Assembly: GCF_963921235.1 (NCBI RefSeq)
Contig: NC_086107.1
Location: 93,994,001 to 94,058,000 of the forward strand
Origin: Mobula hypostoma
Lineage: Eukaryota
Direction: 5' to 3'
Length of the DNA stretch: 64,000 nucleotides
Shown: piece after piece, positions 12,401-24,835 of the stretch
Layout: the number at the start of each line of letters is the position of its first letter
Position numbering within the stretch: the first letter of the stretch is position 1
The notes under the pieces: generated by a model
The model's input: the letters and a program-made list of their open reading frames with translations, nothing else
What the model was told of the DNA's origin: nothing
Database searches by the model: none
Made by a program: the position numbers and the translations under genes

Positions 12401-15400
12401 TGGATGAAGGCCGTGTCCTTTGAGACGCGGGGGCTATCACTCAGGCCACAGATATTCTCACTGAAGACACGGAAGTAATACTCATTACCCATGATGAGAT
12501 CAGAGATGGTGCAGCCGGTTTTACGATTGTGCTCGTACACCGTGAACCATTCCTAAACGCAAAGGGTGGAAATATTTTTACTGTTTGTGCAAACCATCAG
12601 ACCTGAAAAGGAGTTCAAAGTTCACTCAAGGTTTCCCCTCGACTGATTCACCTGTGATCTTCTTGAACAGATCTTGTGGACATTAAAGATGAGCTTTTGA
12701 TCTCTCAGTATACCTCGCCATGTCCTTTACCCTTTACTGTCTACCTGCACTGAACTCTCTCCGTTACTGTAACATCCATACCTTTATGCGTTGAGTTGCT
12801 GCCACATGATTGGCTGATTAGATATTTGCATTAGAGAGCAGGTGTACCTAATAAAGTGACTGTTCCGTGTATATTCTGCACTCTGCAACTGTTTTCACTC
12901 TTGTACCAACTGATGTACCTGCAGCTCAGCACATTTCAGAAACTAGCCGCCCCTCTAACACTTCCTGCTACCACAGTAAAGCAGCCAGCATATTCAAAGA
13001 CCCCACCCTCCCCAGACATTCGCTCTTCTCTCCTTTCCCATCGGGCAGAAGATACAAAAGCCCGAAAGCACATCCCACCAGGCTTTAGGACTGCTTCTAA
13101 CCCACTGTTATAACACAATAGAACACAACAGTTTGATAAGCTGGACGATTGACTTCACAATCTACTTTGTCATGGGCTTGCAACTTAACGTCTGCCAGCA
13201 CTGCACTTTCTCTGTAAGTGCAACAGTTTATTCTGCATTCTTTCACTGTTTTCCCTTGTGCTACCTTGATACAATGATATGATGAAATGATCTATCTAGA
13301 GGCCATGCAAAGCTAAGTTCTCCACCATATCTCGGTACATATAACAATTACAAACCAGTTTCCCAATTAGACCCATAGGGTTATACAGCACAGACACAGG
13401 CCCCGTAGCCAGACTGGCCCCTGCCACAGAGCAACACACACTAAAAAGCTAAAGGAACTCAACAGGTCAGTCAGCATCTATGGAGAGAATAAGCAGTTGA
13501 CATTTTGATCCAAGACCCTTGCCCTGTGCCTTATTCTGATTGTCGAAAGCCATTTCCATTGTGATTGGTTAGTTTAGAAGCTGCAGCTGCTTTTCCCATT
13601 GGATAGAAGCCTGGTGCCCAGTTTCAAATATCCTGAGTATATAAAATTGTACATGGAAGGGGATTTCTCTCTTGGGAAGTTATGCTCTGCGCGCACTTTC
13701 AACCAAGTATGTTTGTTGAGTATTCCACTTTGTAGTGTCTGTAGCTTGGGGAACATGAATGTTTGATTGAATTTTTACTGTTTGTAAATAAATGGTTAAT
13801 ATATCTATTTGAAATCAGTGCATTTCCTGTCTCACTTGCCTAGACCCGCGGATCTGATTCAACATTACAACCCTTCATCGGGACATCTGTGTATCACTGC
13901 GTCTTTGTGCAGACAAGTGTCTGTGTCCTTGGGTTTGCGTGTCTGACTGTGTCAGTGTGTGCATGTGTATTATGACTGTTTGTTCTTCTCCGTAGATGCC
14001 ACCTGACCTGCTGAGTTTCTCCAGCATTTTGTGAGTGTTGCTCTGGATTTCCAGCATCTGTCGATTCTCTTGTGTTTAAGCCATGGCTGTAATGGATGGC
14101 CATTCCCGGTACCCCAGACTCACCATGGTTTTCTTGTCAGCTTTCTGAATGGTATAGCCAATGATTTCAGAGTTTCCATCATCCTTTGGTGGTTTCCACT
14201 CTATGCCAGCATTGAATCCCCAGACATCTGTGATCTTCAGGGACTCCGGCGGTCCTGGCTTCTCTGAAATAATTTATGCAAAAGGGAATTCAAGGAAAAA
14301 CTGCAGGCTGCTTCCGGGAATTAAATCTAAATTTCAAAGTGAAATTATTATCAAAGTATGTACAGTATGCGTCACCATGTACTACCTTGAGATTCATTTT
14401 CGTGCAGGCATTTGCAAGAAAATAAAGAAATACTATACAATTTATGAAAAACTCTACATAAACAAACCCTGACAAACAGCCAAGGTGCAAAAGAAGACAA
14501 ATTGTGCAGATAATAAAAAAGTGAATAAATAATACTGAGAACATGAGTTGGTGAGTCCCTTGAGAGTGAGTGTGTGGGTTGTGGAATCAGTTCAGAGTTG
14601 TGGTGTGTGAAGTTCTCCACACCAGCTCAGCAGACTTAAGGTTGTAGGCTAAGGGCTGTTCCTGAAACTGGTGGCTCATTGTTGAATTAAAGCTGGCAAG
14701 CATGATGATCATCATATGGCCATTAGTGAGAAATCCCTCTACTTTCTACCATAACTCCTTTCATTGCATGTCTGACAAAGTACGAAAAGCCAAAGGTCAT
14801 GATAAAACAGGTTGATGAGGTTAATGAGGCCAAGTTAGGAGTAACACACATCAAAGTTGCTGGTGAACGCAGCAGGCCAGGCAGCATCTCTAGGAAGAGG
14901 TATGGTCCATGTTTCGGGCCGAGACCCTTCGTCAGGACTAACTGAAAGAAGAGCTAGTAAGAGATTTGAATGTGGGAGGGGGAGGGGGAGATCCAAAATG
15001 ATAGGAGAGGACAGGAGGGGGAGGGATGGAGCCAAGAGCTGGACAGGTGATTGGCAATTTGGATATGAGAGGATCATGGGACAGGAGGCCCAAGGAGAAA
15101 GAAAAGGGGGAGGAGGGGAAAACCCAGAGGATGGGCAAGGGGTATAGTGAGAGGGGCAGAGGGAGAAAAAGAAGTGTATTGCTTGAATTTCCAGCATCTG
15201 CAGAATTCCTCGTGCTTCCAAGTTAGGAGTATTGTGTGCAATTTTAATCACCTACCTACTGAAAAGTATTAAGAAGATTCAAAGAGTACAGATAAAATTG
15301 ACAAGGATGTTGCCAGGACTCGAGGACCTGAGTTCTAGGGAAAGGCTGACTGGGTTAGGAATTTACTCCCTGGAGCTCAGGAGAATGAGTGGAGATTTGA

Positions 15401-18400
15401 TAGAGGTGTATAAAATTATGAGTGGGATAGAGTACAGTAAGGTGGGTGAGACTAGAGCCAGAAGTCATGGGTTAACGGTGAAAAGTGAAATATCTAAAGG
15501 GACCTGAGGGGGAACTTCTTCATTCAGAGGATGGTGTGAGTGTGGAACAAGTTACAAGTGGATGTAACGGATATGGAGCCACACACATACAACTAGATCT
15601 TACTAGCTCTTCTTTCAGTTAGTCCTGACGAAGGGTCTCGGCCCGAAACGTCGACTGTACCTCTTCTTCGAGATGCTGCCTGACCTGCTGCATTCACCAG
15701 CAACTTTGATATGTGTTGCTTGAAATTCCAGCATCTGCAGATTTCCTCGTGTTTGCGTAACAGATATGGGTTCATTTTCAACCTTTAAGGGAAGTTTGAG
15801 CAAAATGGGAGGTGTATGGACAGCTATGGTCCAGTGGTTGATGGGACGAGGGAGATTAATACTTTAGCATGTACTGTTTCCATGATGGACAATGCATTCC
15901 TGAGGTACCTCCTTCCCTCCGCTAACCTGCAGGTCACCCTGGGCAATGTGCAGCATGAGACCAGGTGCTGGACGGTCGTATGAGCAGCTGGTGCATATCC
16001 CAAGTCCTGGTTATGTTTGTGTTGTTGTTGTTGTTGGATGCTTGAATTTGGATGCATTAGTCTACTTTTTTCTTAGCCGTTGGGTGGTACGTCTGTAGGA
16101 TTCATTGTTACAGACAGCTGTGGAGAGCAAGTCATTGGGTATATTTAAAGTGGAGGTTGATTAGTCAGGACATCAGAAGGTGATGGGTAGAAGGCAGGAG
16201 AATAGGATTGAAGGGGATAATATATCAGCCATGATGGAATGGGAGAAAGGATTTGATGGGCTGACTGGCCTAATTTCTCCCCTATGTCTATCTGAAAGTC
16301 CCCATTGTCAGGTCATCTTCACTCATGTCTGCATCCTTCCTGATGGATTCAGCCAAAGGCTCTATACAACACCCGTACAAGACAGGGGAGAGAGGACAAC
16401 CTTTTGTGACTCTTGTTCTTGCCAGGAAATTCAAGCATCCAACAACAACACCTGCTGGAGACGGAGCAGCAAATTCTAAAATGACAAGCAACTGTAACAC
16501 AACCAGTCACCTGATCCATCATCCTCATCTGCTGTGCCAGTAAATCATCCTCTGGCCTTTTATGAATTTGACCTTTGGTGTTTAGATATCGTATAGATAT
16601 GTATAGGTCACATTTTGCAAGGGTTATTGGAAATTGGGACTTGTCCTTTAAAGATCTTTGAATTACTCTGAAATATCCTTATAGGGAAAAGGAGGAGGTT
16701 CCTTTAAATGAAGATCTCACACCCCAGGCATTCTCTCCTCTCCCCCCTCCCATCAGATAGAAGATACAAAAGCCTGAAAGCACATACCACCAGGTCTTTC
16801 ATTGGTGTTGTGAGCTGAACTTTACACATTGGGCTCAGTGCACAGGGAGGGGATGGAATTACTGACAAATTTCTGTAAGGTTATCTTGACAGAAAGAACA
16901 TCAGAAGCCTGGCATCAGCCACGTTCTCTCGCGGGAGACAACGTGCTTACTGGAGACAGGGATTGTACAATTTTAACAGATGTGTGAATCAAAGAGTTTC
17001 TGCTCTAGAGACAGAATCTTATCTCAGATTTTAAGTAACAAGTCATTACAGATCAAAGAAACATTCTGATCCCTAAGATCTTTTACTTCCAAGTTTAAAG
17101 ATTAAAGATTAGCTTTATTTGTCACATGTACATCGAAACATACAGGGAAACGTGTCGTAGGCGTCAAACCAAATCAACGGGGATTGAGCTTGGCAGACCG
17201 CAAATGATGCCAGGCTTCCAGTGCCAACATAGCATGCCTGTTACGCTAATCCATACATCTCTGAAATTTGTGAGGATACCGGAGCACCCTGATGAAACAC
17301 AAGAGTGTCTTCCAAGAGGAGGTAGAGAGCTGGAGAAATATAGGGTGGAAATTCAGAGCTTAGAGCTTGGACAGCTGAAGTGTCCGTGTGGTAACGTACA
17401 AACTCCTTACAGTCAGCAGTGGTAACTGAACCCCAACCTTATAGCTGGCACTGTAAAGCACTGCACTGGCTGGTACCCTACCAAGCTATTCCACTTCAGA
17501 CCACAAGACCATAGGCTACAGGAGCAGAATTAGACCATTTGGCCCATCAAATCTGGTCCACCATTTCATCATGACCGGTTCATTTTCCCTTGCAGCCCCA
17601 ATCTCCTGCCTTCTCTCCATATCCCTTCAGTCCTGACCAATCAAGAACCTATCAACCTCTGCCTGAAGTATACGTAAAAACTTGGCCTCTCTGGCCGAAT
17701 GTGGCAACAAATTCCACAGGTTCACCACTCTCTGGCTAAAGAAATTCCTCCTCATCTTCATTCAGAAAAGACACCACTCTATTCTGAGGCTGTGTCCTCT
17801 GGTCCTAGACTCTCCCACCACAGGAAACATCCCCTCTACATCCACTCTATTGAGGCCTTTCAATATTCGATAGGTTTCAACTATGTCACCCCTCATTCTT
17901 CTGATTTCCAGTGAATAGAGGTCCAGTGACATCAAACGCTCTTCATATGACATACCGTTCAATCCTGGAATCATTTCCATGAACCTCCTTTGTGCTCTCT
18001 CCAGTGTCAGCATTTCATTTCTGAGATGAGGGGCCCAAAACAGCTCACAGTACTCCAATACTGTTGTCCAACCAATCTTCAGCTGTCCAACCTCTCTCTG
18101 AAATCCCTCCCTATATCTCCCATCTCCTATTCCAAGTCACTCGGAACATTGTAAGCAGTTTTGGGTCCCTTATCTAAGAAAGGAGGTGATGGCATTGAAG
18201 AGAGTCTCGAGTAGGTTCACAAAAATGATCCTGGGCACAAAAAGCTTAACATTTGAGAAGTGTTTGATGGCTCTGGGCCTGTACTTGCTGAAGTTTAGAA
18301 GAATGAGGGAGGACCTCATTGAAACCTATTAAATATTGAAAGGTCTAGATAGAGTGGATGTGAAAAGGATGATTAATACTGAAGGAGTCTAGGACCAGAG

Positions 18401-21400
18401 GGCACAGCCTCAGAATACAAGCACATCCCTTCTGAACAGAGATGAGGAGGAATTTCTTTAGCTGGAGGGTAGTGAATCTGTGCCCAAGTCATTGGGTGTA
18501 TTTAAAGCAGAGGTTGATAGGTTGTTGATTAGGCAGGATGTCAAAATTATAGGAAAAAGTTAGGTGCATCCTTTTGAAATGGAGATGAGGAAGAATTTCT
18601 TTAGCCAGCGAGTGGCAAATCTGTGGAATTCATAGCCAGAGATAGTGGTGGTGGTTAAGTCTTTATGTATATTTAAGGCAGAGATTGATAGATTTTTGAC
18701 TGGCCAGGGCATGAAGGGATTCAGAGAGAAGGCAGGAGACTGGGTCTGAGAGGAAATGGGAGAGCAGACTCAATGGGCCAAATGGCCTAGCTCTCCTCCT
18801 ATATCTTATGGTCTTACAGAAAGTGTGGTTGAGAGGGATAATAAATCAGCCATGATAGAATGGCAGAGCAGGCTCATTGGGCTGAAAGGCCTAATTCTGC
18901 TTCTATGTCCTACACTCCTTAAAATCTTCCTTCTGGTCAAGTGTACCTATATTCCCATCTTCAAATCAGTGTCTATTTTTATCTGATGAATTGCCTCTCT
19001 AGCATCTTGGGGTGTTGACTAAGATGAGGGTCCTGAGTAAATACAAGTGGTTATTATTATTCCACAAGAAATGCAAAGGTGTCCTTGGCAAGTGTGGAGT
19101 GCGGGAGCTTTAACAGAGATCGGCATGCAGAAATTATGTCAACTTTACATAAGCCACAGGTTTTGCGGCCTTGGGCAGTGAGTGTGTTGTCAGACACTGA
19201 AATAGCTCCAATTTTACTTAATCAACATTCCGCACATTTGATCCCTCCCTTTGGGTCTGGCTGTCCTTAAATCAATCCAGAGTTTTACATTCAATTACTT
19301 CATGTAAACAAATCCCTCCTGGCACCAATGTTCTGTCTTTGCCCTTTCAATTAAAGAGTCCTTGTGTCCTTAATAGAAGGTTAAATTTCCTCAAATACCT
19401 GACCTGCCCTCACATCTACCGCAGTTTTATTCCTTTCCAGAACATTTCACTTTTATCGGAACAGATCCAAGCCCAGAACAGTATTGTCAGTGATTGGGGT
19501 TCATTTCCCACTGCTGTCTACAAGGAGTTCGTATGTTCTCTCCATGATCTTGTGGACTTTCCCAGGGTGCTCTGATTCCTTTCCATGTTCCAAAGATGTG
19601 CGGGTTTGGGTTAATAAGTTGTGGACGTACTATGTCGACACCAGAAGCATGGCGCCAATTACAGGCTGCCCACAGCACATCCTCAGACTGCGCTGATAGT
19701 TGACGCAAAAATGTCTGGATGTTTCAACATACATGTGACAAATCTTTCATCTGTTTTCAAAAAAAAGGTCCTCATAAAAAATCAGCTCAAACATTTGATC
19801 TAGATTCTCTAATGCACCAAGTTCCTGACACAGCCACAACAAATAGGTGAGGAATAACTGAGGCTTCCCCAAGTAGAAGGGAGGGTCATCCCAGAACACC
19901 TGAATGTGTTCTTCACGTAGTTCCACACCTCTCCCTCTTCAAAACACTTCTCCATCCTCACCAACTCCCATTCGATCCCAGCCAGGGAACATTGGCTCCC
20001 AGATGGGAGCATTGCTTATATAAAATTGCTCTGCCAGCTTTTAGACCCCGCGACATCCACAGTCTTCATCATCTTCACATTCCCTGCTAATCTCCAGTCT
20101 TCATCACTTCAGGTTTGAAAGCAGATACGACAGTGGTGTGTAAGAGGCATTTAGACAGATAAATGAACATGCAGGGACTGGAGGGATATGAATCATATAC
20201 AGGCAGTTACTGTAGATTCAGTTTAATTGGGCTGGCACAGACACCGGAATTGGCACCGATACTGTGCTCCAACTGTGCTGTACTCCTCAATGTTTTCATA
20301 TTGCCCTGAATGGCCTAATTCTGCTCCTATGTCTTATGGTCTTACGGAACTGAAATAATATAATAAAGAAGTTAATTCTCTGTATGGGGTAGAGAGTCAT
20401 GAAGTATCAACCACTCTGGTTTGTTGGTGGACTCACACAGATCTGCCCCTCCATCCCTTTATTTATGTGGGTTCAGAACCCAGTTAGGTGACAGGTCTCC
20501 AATTGCCAGTACTCCCACTATTGAACCTGGAAGGTCCCCCCATTGCGTTCCATAACAAACCGCTCCTGCCCAGTCGGAGGTACTCACCAACAACCCGAAT
20601 TTTGATATTCGCCTTGTCAACGAGGCCTTCAATCTGGACGCTGAGCTCGTAGGTCCCCGAGTGGGCGCGCTCTGCGTGCCGGATGAAGAGGATAGTGTCC
20701 ACGTCGCTGTTGCGGATGCTGATCTGGCTGGAGTCCAGTGGCTGCCCTTCCTTCAACCATGTGACCACAGGTCGCGGCTTCCCCTGGGGAGGTTCAAAGT
20801 TCAAAGGTTAATATAATTCAGGCAGTGAAGTTGCTGGAGTTCAGAAGAATGAGGGGGATCTCATTGAAACCAATGGATATTGAAAAGCTTAGACAGAGTT
20901 GGGGAGTCCAGGACTTCAGAAGACTAGAATGTTCCTTTGGGACAGACATGAGGAGGAATTCTTTAACCAGAGGGTGGTGGATCTGTGGAATTCATTGCCA
21001 CAGATGGCAGTGGAGGACAAGCCTCTGGGTGTATTTAAGGCAGAGGTTTTTGCTCAGCAAGGGTGTCAAAAGTTACAAAAAGAAAGCAGGAGAATGGGGT
21101 TGAGAGGGAAAATATGGAACAGAATGTGGAGAAGACTCGATGGGCTGAATGGCCTAATTCTGCTCCTTTATCTCATGATCTTATGAATGGGCTCAACTAA
21201 CAAGGAACTATTTTGTTCCCCTAACCCAGTCCATCAGGAAAAACAGCCACCTCTCCACTGACACTGCTTCAGGAAAGCAGCCAGCACAATCAAGGACTTC
21301 TCCTACCCCTGACGTCCACCTCGATTGTTTAGAAGTTTATTGTCAGCAATAAAATTCCTTGCTCATGCGAAGCTCGCAGAGTAAACAGTAAACATGGTGA

Positions 21401-24400
21401 TAAAAATACAAACAACAGTTTTGCAGGCTGCACCAGAGAGATCATCTAACCCCAGTGCATCATTGCTTGGTCTGGTAAAAGACCACAAGAAATTTCAGAA
21501 GGTTGTGGACAGAGGTCAGTTCATCACAAAGAGCAGCCTTCCCCTCGTGTCTCTGTCTGCTCTTTGAGCTGTCTCAGCAGAGCAGCTACGTAATCAAGAA
21601 TCCCAGATATTCTCTCTTCTTCTCCTCTCCCATTGGGCAGAAGATGCAAAACCTTGAGAATATGTACCACCAAACTCAAAGGACAGCTTCTACCCCATTT
21701 TGATCGGACTCTTGTGTGACAAAGATGAACTCTTGATCTCCCAGTCTACCTCCCTATGGCCCTCGCACCTCGATTGTCTGCCTGCACTGCACTTTCCACA
21801 GTACCTGGACCAAACTACAAGAACAAGGACAGTTAGGCTGGAAAACAGCTTCTTCCCTCAGGCTGTGAGACTCCTAAACACCCTGCTACCACCCAGTCCT
21901 CATTGTTTATGACAGCGTCAGTAGCAGTAAAACTGTTGTGCATTTAACTTTATGATACGTGCAGTTAGGTACATCTACAGAAAACCTTTACTATCTGTTA
22001 ATATTACTTTATGTGTTATTTGTAATATACGTTCTGTGTTTTACACCTTGATCCCTCAGGAACACTGTTTTCAACTGCACGGTTGATTGATAATAAACTT
22101 GAACTTGAACAATAGCTTTACTAATCAAACTATCTTTCCTTCAGCCCCCATTGTCTCATGGTAGAGTTACACCCGGACAGGTGCGGCATTGTACCGCTGC
22201 ACATTTAACTTTATGTCCAAATGTACATCTGCAGAGTATTTTCATTTTCTTTTTTTCACTTATTTAGAAAAACTATTATTGTTGTGTTAATATTATTTAA
22301 TGTCCTCTTCCTTTCCTGAAGCCCATCACCCCTACTGGGGCATAGGCTGCCGACAGCAGCTCGTCAGAGTCCCCTGCCCTGGGCCAGTCTTTCAAGGTGA
22401 AGCCCACTGAAGGTCCTGCCTCCTCCTGGGATGAGGTCTCTGCAGCTTCAGTTGGTGTTTCTGTACCGCTGAGCTTTCATAGGATGGGGTTGCTAGCTCT
22501 ATGCCTCAGCCTCCTCCTTCCCAGCTGGGCTAGGGAACCGTTCATACTTAATGTGCTGTATGTGGAATATGTTCTGTGTTTAGCACCTTGGTCCCAGAGG
22601 GTCATTGTTTCATTTAGCTATATACCTCTGTACAGTTGAATGACAATCAACTTGAATGTTCTCAGTAACTGGAACAGCATTCTGCTTTCTTTTTACTACA
22701 TTTTTGCTTATTTATTTATTATTATTTCTTTCCTTCTATATTTGCAGTTTGTGTCTTTTGCATATTGGTTGAACGCCCAAGTTGATGCAGTCTTTCATTG
22801 ATTCTATAATGGTTATTATTCTATTATGGATGCCCACAAGAACATGAATCTTGGGGTTGTACATGGTGACATATATGTACTTTGATAATAAATTTACTTT
22901 GAACTTTGATGTACTGATGTATGGAATGATCTGTATGGATGGTACACAAAGTTTTTCATTGACGATAACAAACTAGTTAGCAATTACTGCTCAGTTTTCC
23001 TGTCCTGATCCAGACTGGGTTAAGCTGGCATTGTTAAATCTAGCCTCTCATCCGAATGACATAAAGTGAAAGCTTAAGCAACTGCAGCTGGAGGAGGCAT
23101 CTTGGCTCCTGTGGACCTCTCCAATACTGGATGAGGACATGGTTGATCTTCTACAAAACTGCTGTTTACCATCCCTCTGCCCATTTCCTTAACGCCCAAT
23201 GTCAATCTCACTTTTTCCACAACTGACGACTGAGTGATATTTTTGGGTTGACCATCAACCTCCACAAAGCACTACCGTGAAGTGCTCCAAAGATTCGTCA
23301 GCTTCTGCACGAAGAAATTCCTCCCCATTTCAAGCTTAAATGGCCCACCCTCCATTTTGAAACTGTGACTCTCCAGAAGTGGAGTCTTTTTGAGAGGGTG
23401 CTGGAGAGGTTCACCAGGATGATGCCTGGATTAGAGGGCATGTGCTATCAGGAGAAGTCGGGAGTATTCTCTGCAGCAGTAGAAACTGGGGTTAAGATTA
23501 TAAGATTATGAGAGGCACAAGTAGAATAGATAGCTAGTATCCTTTTCACAGGGTTAAAATGTCTAATATTTGAGGAACGCACACAAAATGCTGGAAGAAC
23601 TCTGCAGGCCAGGCAGCATCAATGGAAAAGATTTAACAGTCGATGTTTCAGCCCAAGACCCTTTATTCGGACTGGGAAAAAAAAGATGAGAAGTTAGAGC
23701 AGGGATTCCAATTTTTTTTATATATCATGGGCCAATACCATTAAGCAAGGGGTCTGTGGACCCGAGGTTGGGAAACCCTGAAGTAGAGCAAGAAGGTGAG
23801 GCGGAGGGGAGGAAGAAGTACAATGTAGGAGGTGATAGGTGAAACCGGGAGAGGGGAGGGGTGAAGTAAAGTGCTGGGAAGTTGATAAGTGAAAGAGAAA
23901 AAGGGCTGGAGAAGGGGGAATCGGATAGGAGAGGGTTGAAGACCATGGGAGAAAGGGAAGGGAGAGGAGCACCAGGGGGAGGTGATGGGCAGGTAAGGAG
24001 ATGAGGTGAGAGAGGGAAACAGGAATGGGAATGGAGAAGGGCAATTGCCATAAGGTCATGCCATCAGGTTGGAGGGTGCCCATAAACTTTCCATAGATGC
24101 TGCCTGGCCTGCTGAGTTCCTCCAGCATTTTGTGTGTGTTCCAGCATCTGCAGATTTTTTCATCTCAATATGAGAGGGTCTGCATTTATGAAGGGAGGGG
24201 ATAAGTCTAAAGGAAATGGGTGGGACAAGTTCTTTACACAAAGAGGGTGAGTGACTGGAATGCGCTGCCGGGGTGGTGGTAGATACGACAGAGATGTTTA
24301 AGAGGTTCTTAGACAGGTGCATGGATGTGCGGAGAATGGATGGACATGGACACTGTGTAGGTAGAAGGGTTTAGGTTAATTAGTTCGGCACAGCATTGTG

Positions 24401-24789
24401 GGTTGAAGGGCCTTTTCCTGTGTGGTACTATTCTATGTTCTAATACATTCCCAGGATCATTGCCAGGAAAACCACCTTGCTCTGGAAGGTGACTGTTCTT
24501 TGCCCTGAGCCTTCCCTCCCTTTGAGAGCATGTCAGAGGCATGGGACCTCCACTCCCTACAGCCCACTCACCATGCAGACCTCAGTACCCCACACAAGGA
24601 TACGGAGAGTGGATGAGACCCGGGCAAGTCTGGGCTGTGCTGGGCCAGAGCCAGCACGATCAGTCCAAAGTGATCATCGGTCTTCACATCAGCAAGGTCT
24701 TCGCCAGCTTCAGTGATGTAAAGGAGTTTACAATGATAGACCGTTCTCAGACACACACACACGAACATAGACACACACAGATGCACAAG

Positions 24790-24835
<46 letters not shown>

